Below, in pieces: positions 39,218-49,759 of a stretch of 64,000 nt of DNA (positions are counted from its first letter, which is position 1; each line of letters begins with the position of its first letter). Both the position numbers and the translations under genes were made by a program. The notes beneath the pieces were generated by a model. It did not search any database, was not told the origin of the DNA, and saw nothing but the letters and a program-made list of their open reading frames with translations. Source of the stretch: Auanema rhodensis (taxonomy: Eukaryota; Animalia; Nematoda). The stretch lies in contig OZ059895.1 of assembly GCA_964057225.1 (NCBI GenBank), positions 6,262,001-6,326,000 on the forward strand, written 5' to 3'.

Positions 39218-41007
39218 ATGAATGATCACGAGGCAGAGGAGCATCATGCTGTTGAGTTTTCCCTGGCTGGTAAAAAGGAAAAAGGTTCTATATGTCGTTG
39301 GGTGCGCATACTAACTTCATTGTTTTCAAAATTTAGCCCATTCAAGAGGAATTGTTGGTATATTTACGTATGATGCCGGGCATGACGGGTTAAAATTGAT
39401 CTCAGTTGGACATGATTCTCTTAAAATTTGGAAAATGTTCGGTATACTGCCCTGGTTCTCTCATGATTTGAATTTTTAAGGGATATTGAACCAGCTGGAA
39501 ATGTTTCTTTTTCGTTGTTACATGAAATGGTCAAGTGGAGATGTGGAGTTCAATCTACTGATGCTACTATTGACGGACGATGTAATAGTTCCGATTCTGA
39601 TTTAGAAGTACTACTGTTTTGTAGGCGTAGCAGTAGTTGGATTAGATTCTATTTTATATGAAGTCATAGTTAGTGAAAGTGGGCCCACTGTCGTAGCGTA
39701 TGACTTAGGATATATGGAGAGCTGGCACGTACGAATAGCACGAAACAAAGTGAATTATATGACAAGTATTAACCTAGGATTTTGCTCTGATATTTTATAA
39801 CTTTACTTTATAGCTAGTTTCTCCGGATTTCTATCTGAAATCAACATGTCTGGAGAATTTTCTCGTAGAGAACCAATTAACCATGTGAAGCAAGTTTCTG
39901 TTCTAGCATATGCAAGTCTGAGATCAAAAAAACAAAATTTTAATTTTTTTTAGAGTAATGACAACAGAATACTTGCTGTAGGTAATTACGAAGGAGTAGT
40001 TCGTACGTATGATGTCTCTTCTTTCAAAAATCTCAATTCTTACGAAAGTATATTCTTCAGTCTTTTAGTTTTAAGGAAATTATATTTTAGTTCACGCCAT
40101 GAAAATTCGAGCTATTGTTTTCTCCCCAGATGATGATAAATTCCTTACAGCTTCGGATGATAAGACTCTGAAACTTTTCTCTTTGTATGGTTTAGATACA
40201 TTTATGTTACTAGGTCTTAATTCTTACAGGACATCGGGTACTACTATTAATACTTACTGTGGCTGCAGTTCTCCTATTTCTTGTGTATCTTTGGAAATGA
40301 ATAGATATGAAGGAAAACTGTTTGTTACTGGTAGTGTCAATGGAGATGTATGTTATGTATAAATAATATATTTCAAATGTTCCATTTTAGATTCTTTTAT
40401 GGACGCTATCGGAGTTAGTTCCCCTATGTACGCTCTCTAATCAACATGAAGGCGGTGTAAGCTATACACCATAATTAGCTTATTACTTGAATGTTTTGTT
40501 ACAGGTATGGTCTGTAACGTTTTCAAATGATGGACATTATTTGTTTTCTACTGGAGAAGATAAGCGTATCCTTTGCTTTAATATTCCTAATTTGGAATTT
40601 GCTTCCGAATCATCAAAAACAGCTCAAGCAAGTCGTTTACAGATGGGTGAAGATACAGGTATTTCTACAGAAAAAAATATATATTTGATCAAGTTGTTTC
40701 AGACCTTCCTGAAACAATGCCACCATATAAAGAAATTCGGGTGAAGCAAGATGTTATAACCGAATATGAGGAAGAAGAAGGCTTGAGAAAGCCTGCGATT
40801 AGAGATGAACCTCTGCGGAAGCCTGCTATCAGAGAAGAAGTTTTGCTTAAGCCCGCCATCAGAGAAGAAGCGGAAAATCAGGAAATGGAGCTAGACCTAA
40901 ACTATGTACCAATGAAAATGGAGCAACCAGATCCTGAATCTGAGCCGGAGCCCGTACCGCAACAAGAACCTATGGATACATCTATGGAAGCTAATGAAAC
41001 AGACTAA
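39218..41007 (+). CDS. WD40-repeat protein, WDR61/Ski8-like, with an acidic C-terminal extension
   Basis: HAMKIRAIVFSPDDDKFLTASDDKTLKLF and HEGGVWSVTFSNDGHYLFSTGEDKRILCFNIP align by eye with WDR61 repeats (HAMPIRSLTFSPD...TASDD; HQDQVWGV...SVGDD...IYDCP). Confidence 0.75.
40775..40870 (+). repeat. Coding 30-bp tandem repeat x3 (EExLxKPAIR)
   Basis: EEGLRKPAIR-DEPLRKPAIR-EEVLLKPAIR in the last exon of the WD40 gene. Confidence 0.85.
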
Positions 41008-41196
41008 CCAAAACTTTTTGCCTAAACGGGTTAATTATCCTCTCTCGTTATGATCTGATCATCTTATTTTGTAGATAGTCAATAATATTTATACTATCAT
41101 TTTATTCTGTTTAATCACGTTCACTCTATATTACTATATTTTCATAATTTTTCATTTAATTATTATTGTCTTTTGATTGTTTTGAGATTTTACAAG

Positions 41197-42200
41197 ATGT
41201 ACCAAAAGCGGTTCAAATTTGATGAGGATTTACATAATGAATTCAAGATGCATACAAAGAATATGATCTCGGAAATACCAAAAAAGTATGTTGTTCACAA
41301 TCTATAACTCTATCATCGGGTTCCACTAGATGCGAACGAAGAGTTGAAGGCCGTATTATTCGTACCATGCAGCCAAACAGCAAGTGAGAAAGCTTCCAAC
41401 CGGGATTTTGATTTAATTCAAAGCGGAGTGACAACTTATGATCACTCTTTTAGATCAATTTGTGGGTTTCTCAATAGCGCTGGAGGTCGAATCTATCTTG
41501 GTGTTGACGATGCTGGAGAGGTCTTAGGTTTAAACCTGACAGCTTTTCAGGTGAGTATGTTCGGTTTGTGCAGAGAACATTACGGTTTAGATAGATCATA
41601 TTATCTTATCTCTGCATCGTACTTTGCAACTTTTCAATCCTCCAGTACCTACACATTTGGTAAAACGTATGGATTGTAGATATGTGGCATAACTAGACAC
41701 GCTGCTATTTTTAAGTGAAACTGATTCATTTGACTAATGGTCCTAAAGTTACGGATACGAATGAAAATGTTCAAGATGACAGTGATGTCTGTGCGAATTT
41801 CAAAGGAACTTTAGAACATGTAATTGGAGGAAATTATTGTTATTGTTGGAGTTCATCGCATCGTAAACAAAGATATCTTATTATAATTGATGTTTGTTTA
41901 TTAGTTCTGAAATTTATAATTATATTTTTTTATAATTATAGGTAAAAAAATCAGAAAACAATGTAACCTATCAAAACGAAGAAGGCTTAGTTTATAAGCG
42001 AAGAAACGGATCTAATCGTTTAGTTTCTATTGATATTTTTAGACAATACGCAAGCTCTCGACGTATTAGACAGTAAGTTGTCTTCAGGTTTTTCATAAAA
42101 TTTGAAGAAAAAATGCTTTAGGCCTGTTCCATTACCATCCTATGAAAAGAAATCATACTTTGAAAAATTATATGAAAAGTTTGTAAAGTTGCTATATTAA
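41197..42200 (+). CDS. Schlafen (AlbA_2) domain protein, predicted RNase
   Basis: The spliced product reads MYQKRFKFDEDLHNEFKMH...QPNSKSICGFLNSAGGRIYLGVDDAGEVLG...PPVP...YQNEEGLVYKRRNGSN...FVKLLY*. ExxxxEFK, FLNxxGGxIYLGVxD and YxRxxGS are Schlafen hallmarks. Confidence 0.88.
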
Positions 42201-42888
42201 AAAAAAATTTGTTGTAATAATTTGTGAACCAATACTTATATGCTATACAATAGCAATCTCACCTTTTTTCTTTTGTTATTATTTTTTATTTGTTGAAATA
42301 AAAAATATTTATAAATATTTTCTTATAATATTTTTAACATAACGTTCGCCTTCTAAGGCGAAATTTCAAGGCTGGATTTGTATGCCGTTCTCTTCTTTTT
42401 TAGTCTGAGTGTGTTCATCTTGTTCTTCTGACAGCCTATCAACCTTCTACGCATCTCTTATAAGTAGTAGAACGATTGTTTAGTATATTACTCAACCTTC
42501 TCATCCAACGGTCATCTTGCCAACTAATGATTGTTCTTTCTTATTTTGTTTGTCAACGCCATCAGATTTATTAAATATCAAACACTACAGAAATTATGAA
42601 TAGAAAATAAGAACCTATCTTCGTTTCCGAGTAAAGAGCAAGGAACGGTTGAATTTCTTCTTCTTTTCTTTCTGCCTCTCTATCTTGTTAATTGTATCTT
42701 AGATAACCTTTTGTCATCTCTACTACCACTTTCATTGAAATCTTGGAAGAGGAGTGGCAAAAGAGGAGGAGTAATCGCTTGTTAGGCGGGCGTTATTCAC
42801 TTCAACAGAGAATTGTATCCCATTCGTTACTCATTAGGCATATTGCCATCTTTATTAGCTGGTGATTTCCTCCTGTCTAATATTTAAA

Positions 42889-43378
42889 ATGATTTTCATT
42901 AAGTGTTCCCTTTCTATGTTATTTCAAATAGTGCCAATAATTCTTCTTTCCTTCTATCCAATGACATCAGCTAGTCCAGCAGTATTTGATAATCAAGTAA
43001 TAGGTAAGATTGATCATTGATGCATTGGGTTTAAAAGGAATATATACATCTATCTTTCTAGATTTACCGTCCGTTGAATGTATGGATGATCATTTGAAGC
43101 TTATATTTCATACTGAAAAACCATTTCATGGACGTATTTTCGTAAAAGGAATGGTAGACAAGGTCAGTCTGAAAGTCACGTTATTGTTGCAAATCGTAAC
43201 AAACCTCAATCACAATTCGTCAACATCATCATTTTTGTTCTTTTAACTTCAAATAAATAATTACAGGAGCCTTGTGAAAAACGTTTTATTGGAAATAAAA
43301 ACAATACTGTTGATTTTGAACTTGAAAATGGATCATGTAATATGCGTCGTCAACGAATGGTTAGTACAAACTTTAAAC

Positions 43379-43409
<31 letters not shown>

Positions 43410-45056
43410 TCCAATCATTATATTAATTATTTTTACAAAATTTCTAAATATTAAATGAGTTAAAGATTTATGTTACATATATATAACCTTGAAGCTATTC
43501 TTCATCGACTTTAGTAAGAAAACACTTATAATATGTATAATGAATAGAATAATAAGTGAAGTATGTGTGTGCAGTAGTCGTTACACATCTACAGAAGTGT
43601 CAGTTATGATGATATTCAGAGAGTTGGCTAACGTTTGTCGGATTCTTGAAACAGAAACCTTTGAACATCTATGCCATCATATTCATGGTCATTTATAAGT
43701 ATATTATAACTGACAATAGAATGTCCAACAAGTAAAATATATAATATGTGAAAATGAGAAGATTATTTATATTAACTTTATACTAAATTGAAATATTTTA
43801 TTAAAAATCTAATTCTTTTATTATTTTAAAAATAAATTTTAAAATAATTTCAGAATAGTGCAACTCAGAGAGGTATAGAACAGTCAATAACAGTTATTAT
43901 ATCCTTTCACGATACATTCATTACAAAAGTTGATAAAGCTTTTCGATGTACTTGCTTTTACATGGAAATGGATACAATTGTAACACAAAGCTTAACTGTT
44001 AGGTATTAACTATATTATCTTTATCATTTAATAAAAAATTATTTAAGTCAACTTCCAACAACTGATTTACAAGATCAAGCACGTTTACCAACATGTACAT
44101 ATGCAGTTCGAAAAGATTCAATTGATGGTCCTGTTGTTCAATTTGCTCGTGTAGGAGATACTGTCTTTCATGTATGGGAATGTGATAATGGTTTATTTAT
44201 ATATTTAACTATATATATAGTTATAATATATAAATTATAGATATGTATTCAATGTATGTTCATAGTTGTTTCGTTGATGATGGAGCTGGTAATGATCGAA
44301 AAGCATTACTTGATGAAAATGGATGTGCTATTGATACACTGATTGTTCCTGATCTTCAATATAGTTCAGGATCTGGAAATTTAGCATATGCTGAAGTGAA
44401 TGTCTTCAAATTTGCTGATAAAGTAAATATATAGTATAATATTATAATATTATCAATAATAATATAGGTTACAACATACTTTCAATGTGCTATAACAACA
44501 TGTTTAGTAGCTGAACATGGCTGTGAAAATGTTATGGTAAGTTTATATATATATAGTTAATATACATATAATATACATTATTTTATATATTTTTGTATAT
44601 TTTAGCCTCCAAAATGTGGTCCACTTCAACGTAAATCACAAAGAAATAAAAGAAATATTAGATCTCATCATCGATATGTAAGTCTATTTTTCATATAATT
44701 TATATATATATAATCTTTTATTATAGAATAATAATAATAATACAATTGACGTTGCTTCACATGGAATTATGGTATTGGATCCATTAGATGAATTTGATTC
44801 ATCTGATTTCAAAACTTCTAATTCTCCAGAAGCTTTTTCTGAATCATCATGGAACTTATCTGCTAATAAAGCAACATCAAATGAGCCTATATGCGTTGGC
44901 TTTCAGAAGATGATGTTTTTCCTTTTACTGGTTTTAACCTTAATCACTTTTCTTCTTGTATTTATTTCTTGGTATATTTTAAGTACAAGAAAACGTGTTT
45001 CTTTCACTTCATCAATATCATCAAATAGTCTTGGCACAAAGAAATCTGTTTTTTAA
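42889..45056 (+). CDS. ZP-domain cuticlin (CUT-1/CUTL family), type I membrane protein
   Basis: A signal peptide is followed by PSVECMDD...FHGRIFVKG, CNMRRQR, VIISFHDTFITKVDKAFRCTCFY, PTCTY, VGDTVFHVWEC, VHSCFVDDG, LLDENGCAID and FKFADK...YFQC, then a furin site (RNKR) and a C-terminal TM helix. Confidence 0.93.
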
Positions 45057-45721
45057 ATAATTTTGTTATTATGCATGACCAATCTGATTCTTCAATCTAC
45101 CTCATTTATTTGTTTTAGAACAATATGTTCTAATCTTTTGTTACTTTCAGTTTTTAAATTTCAAATAAATTCATACACTTTAACAACCTTCTTATCATAT
45201 ATTCGTCCAGTTGGATAACCCCAACCGAACATTCCAAATATTTAGTTTATTTTAAACATTTACATGTTTGAAATCCCCTACATACCTTTGAGTACTGGGT
45301 TTAAACCAAATAAGACATGGAAAACAGGGTCCATACTATTATTTATATCGTATGCCATATGGGTTTGAATAGACGACAATTTTCCTCTCTTGTGAAATTT
45401 GTGAAATAAAAGCTAAAACATGAAACTCAGATGAAAAACATAAAACAAAAGGAAAATGAATACAAAACATGCGAAATCTTAATCTTTGAGTACTTAGCTT
45501 GGATGTTGTAGGAAAGATAAACAAAATAATATTTGATTATCAAAGAGGAAGTTTTTCAGTTTTTTTAATCTTTCATTATTTAGAAAAATATTTCTTAAAA
45601 TAATGATAATATTGGGAAATTATATAGATAACTTTCATAATTATGAGTAATATGAAGAAAAAAAGGTTAACATGATGATACAGATGATACATTTCGTTTT
45701 TCTCAGATTACTTTGGGTACA

Positions 45722-45776
45722 TGAGTCATGACTCAGCCCTCGCATTTCAATGCTTGACGTCATTTCGTTTGATAAG
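45722..45776. promoter_or_regulatory. Compact AP-1/AP-1/CRE/GATA module upstream of the His-rich gene
   Basis: TGAGTCATGACTCA (two abutting TREs, 45722-45735), TGACGTCA (45755-45762) and TGATAAG (45770-45776) lie 120-175 bp before ATG 45897. Confidence 0.6.
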
Positions 45777-45896
45777 AGCAGGTGAATGATGGGTCTATTG
45801 ACATAAAAGCAATCTAAGCGAGCAGTCTGATCATAGTCGACACATAGACAGACACGAGCTTCTTTCGCTTTTACACAGACACATTCCAAATTTAAG

Positions 45897-46490
45897 ATGT
45901 CATATCCATATTACCCCAATGGTGCTTATCCAGGAGTACCAATGCCATCCGTGTATCCTCCTCAACAACCAATAATGTATCCACAACAGGTTAGTTTTCT
46001 TATTTGATATTTCAACAACTTAATTCCTATTTACCTATCATTTCTTCAATTCATTTTTCTTATTTTAGCCTACAACAATCATTCAAGCTCCTCCAATTGT
46101 TCCAATTGTTCAGCCAACTGTTGTAGTAGAAGACTGTTATCCACACTATTATCATCACCATCATCATGGATATCATCACCACGGTATGTAAACTACTTTC
46201 ATCTTCTATTCCTTGTAAAATCAAATATTATGAGTTGATTTCAATGACCAAAAAAGCTTTTTTTTCATGTCGTTTAGTCATCTCTTATCATATTTGCCTT
46301 TCTATTTGAGAAAATCACTGATATCATTGTACCAGACTTTTCAACTAATCGAAAAATTTTTCTCATTAAACAAGATTATATTATTTGAAAATCTATTTAA
46401 AAACTTAAATATAATGATATATAAAGAATATATAATATTATAGGTTATCACCACCATCATCACGGACATCATCATCATCATTGTGATTAA
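45897..46490 (+). CDS. 84-aa Pro/Tyr-rich protein with a poly-His tail
   Basis: Exons 45897-45989, 46069-46183 and 46444-46490 encode MSYPYYPNGAYPGVPMPSVYPPQQPIMYPQQPTTIIQAPPIVPIVQPTVVVEDCYPHYYHHHHHGYHHHGYHHHHHGHHHHHCD*. It is absent from the ORF track. Confidence 0.85.
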
Positions 46491-46690
46491 ACAATTTGTA
46501 TAATTCAAATGTAATTTTTGAAATATATGAATATATTAATTGAATTGTATAAATTATGTATATAAAATATAAATAAAGCCTGAATGCTACAACATATTTA
46601 CTATATATATATATATACAGAATACAAAAAAAAAGATTAAAGAAAACATTCAACCTTAATCATATTTGAAAATTCATACTTTTTAGTCCT

Positions 46691-47729
46691 TTAATTCATT
46701 ATCAATGCTTCAATTGGAATTAAACTTAAATCCCGTGTTTCTGCAAGTTGAGCTTGACGAATATTTATTTCTCCAAGTTCTTTTTGTAGCATTTCAATAC
46801 GATTTCTTAGATCTTCGTTCACCTTAAATCTTTATTAAAATCAAATTTGATTGATCTGCCACAAACTTGACAAATATTTCTAGTATTTGCTTTAAATATC
46901 TGAAACTTTTCCTCATATAATACAGCTTTTGCTTCATCTTCTTTACGTTTACGTTCTTCTTCTTCTTTCTAACAATCAACAATTTTTTACAAAACGATAA
47001 ATAGCAGTATTAAAACTTTTTTCTGACGCATTTCAGCAATCACTGTCAATGTTTTTTTTATTTTTAATTCTTCAGTAATATCATCCGATTCCCGACTGAA
47101 AGCAATTAGTCTTAAACAAGAAAAAACAGTTTTATGTATTCAAGTTACCGTGGCAGAGTTGTAGCACCCATTGATCTTCGACGACTTATCTTGGAATCCT
47201 TCCTTAAAATATCTAAAACTCATTATGAACTTCAAATACTTACTTCTCAATAGTTGAATTCTTAGTAGGAGCTTCCTATAACAATTGAATTATTAATATT
47301 CACAGAAACCTAAATCATACCGTACTCTTAGCAGTACCATCTGAAGTAGCTAGTGCTGAACCAGAATATCTACGGATTCGAGTAGAAGGTGGAATAGGAC
47401 GAACTTCGGTTGTTTCAGTTTTAACATCTGTTGCTTTAGTTGGTGTTATTACTGATTTAGATCTAATTTATATAAATTGATATAAAAATAAAATAAAATA
47501 AAAACCTTTGGACTAATTTAGGATCCATAGACCGACGACGTTTAATACTTTGTGTATTTTCTCTAAATTAAAATTAGTATATACCATATAGTTATAATTA
47601 CCGTCGAATTGACATTGATCTTATTTGTGTAGCTTTCTGTTCAGCATTAAAAGCTTGAGCATGTTTACTATAAATACCTCCAATACATGCTGGTGGTTTA
47701 GCAGTAGGTTGTGGAATACCAACTGTCAT
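46691..47729 (-). CDS. Uncharacterised protein with a basic disordered N-terminus and C-terminal coiled coil
   Basis: MTVGIPQPTAKPPACIGGIYSKHAQAF...RRRSM...RESDDITEELKIKKTLTVIAEMRQKK...VNEDLRNRIEMLQKELGEINIRQAQLAETRDLSLIPIEALIMN*, read across 8 short exons. Confidence 0.75.
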
Positions 47730-48074
47730 ATCTGCATGTAATGTAAGAATTTTAAATTATATAATATATTCTTTATACGGTAATAGTACAGTAATATAAG
47801 ATTAAATAATCGAATTATATACAATATTTATTAAAATAAAATGAATTTATTATAATTTTTATATATTATTATTAATAATAATATTAATTATTATTATATG
47901 TACACATTTTATATTTAAGTATATTATTGATTTCTATATTTATTGATTAATTTTTTATAATTCTACGATCTACAATTGATGTAAAAATAAAAACAAATAT
48001 AATAAAAAAAAAGATTTATTAACAGTATATAACAGTATTAGTATTCAATTAAAAGTTGATTTTTACTTATTTTA

Positions 48075-48578
48075 TTAATGATGATGATGATGTCCTAAAT
48101 AATTTATATAAAAATATTTTTATTTTATTAGATTATATGAATATTATTCTGTATTTCTTAAAGATATTTCTTATATATTTAGATTTAGATAAATAACTAG
48201 ATGTATAGTTAAAGAGACGAAAAAATCTTTAATAGTATATGAAATACGGAATAAGAATTTATTTTTTATGATTATAAGACTGACCATGATGATGTTCATG
48301 ATGCTCTTCATGACGCTCATAATGAGTGTGATGATGACCAAACATTGGTTCATGATGTCCCATTCCTGTAGTAACATGTCCTCCAACATGAGGGCCACTA
48401 TGATGAACATCAACATGAACATGTGAGCCTACATGTGGTCCAGTATTGTATGGATTCTATAAATATAAATTAAATAATTAAAATTATAAAATATGAATCA
48501 TACATATCCAGTTCCGTTTGGATAAGATCCACCGTGAGGTGGTTGATTGTATGGATTGTAATTTCCGTATCCAGACAT
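48075..48578 (-). CDS. 88-aa Gly/His-rich protein with a poly-His tail
   Basis: Exons 48578-48504, 48456-48285 and 48094-48075 encode MSGYGNYNPYNQPPHGGSYPNGTGYNPYNTGPHVGSHVHVDVHHSGPHVGGHVTTGMGHHEPMFGHHHTHYERHEEHHEHHHGHHHHH*. Confidence 0.85.
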
Positions 48579-49759
48579 TTCTAGAAAATTAGATATTTCT
48601 TTTTGAAAAGAAAAAAAAATCAAATTGAAAGGAAAGTTGAGAGGAGCGTCAACGATAGCTCTCTACAGAGTTGTGTGAAAATGTTGAGACTATAACAGTC
48701 GTGTATATTTGTCTTCCGGATGATATGAACATACGTAAGGTAAAGAAAAACGAAATGATAGATAAAATGAAATTTAAGATGATAATCTTTCGATTAAAAA
48801 ATTATCTTTGAATAAAGAAATAGAGCAACATGATAAGAGAAATCACAAGACATCCTAAAATGATATTCTTGTCTTTGGAAGAACAACCGTACTACAGTCT
48901 ATAACTTATTAAAATGAAAACTATATAATACGATTAAATATGCTAATTATACGTTGTGACACGTGAATATTTATAAAAAATATAACGTCATATTTTATAT
49001 TTAATTAAATATAATTATAATAATAAATTATGATTATAATATAGAAAAAAAATGATTAAAATGTGATAAAATAGAAATAAAAATGAAGAATTAATTAAAT
49101 AATAATATTTCTTTCATTTTTAAACATAAGGAAGAAAGAGAATAATTAAAAAATTATAAAATATTTTGATAGAAAATGAAAAATTTTTGTCTTTTATAAA
49201 GAAATATGATAACCGTAATCAGATGGTATATACTGATAAAAATTGCTTGAAATAACATATAATTGAAAATGACGAATAATCTAGAATTGGGGTGTAGGCA
49301 CATATTGTGTATCATCTGACATTCTGTTCAAATAGTGAGTGATACCATAGCTATGAGCAATCTCTTAGATGAAAATCGTGGAAATTCATTGAAAATCAAA
49401 GCTCTTCATAGACATTTATATTAGTTTTCGAGTGAGAATAAAGAAAAAAAAAGGCGAAGAAGATGAAATGAAGGGTTAGAGTTGATGATTTGTTTGATTT
49501 TGGATTAATCATTCCTCTTTTCACCCCTCCCTTTTCTCCTTCCAATCACTCAAACCCCAAACACATTATCCTCAAAAAAAGATTTATTTCATTCATATTG
49601 CACAATAAAAGTTAAAAGTAATAAATCAATATGATATTTCCTTTTTTTTTTTTTTGAAATCTATTTCTCAATTATTTGAATTGTTATCATATTGAAAATT
49701 GAGTATTAACATAGAATACAGATTATAGTTGTAAAAGAGGTGGGACGTTTAACATCATT

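Noticed and set aside
41197-42200. Bacterial contamination or recent horizontal transfer of an AlbA_2 gene
   Set aside because: The gene has six typical short spliceosomal introns and host-like composition.
42345-42362. Inverted repeat TTCGCCTT-CT-AAGGCGAA as a terminator
   Set aside because: The context is eukaryotic, and a single 8-bp stem is not sufficient evidence of function.
46691-47729. Geminin as the identity of the small coiled-coil protein
   Set aside because: It lacks the YWK..AE.RR.AL...L.EN signature, so it is left uncharacterised.
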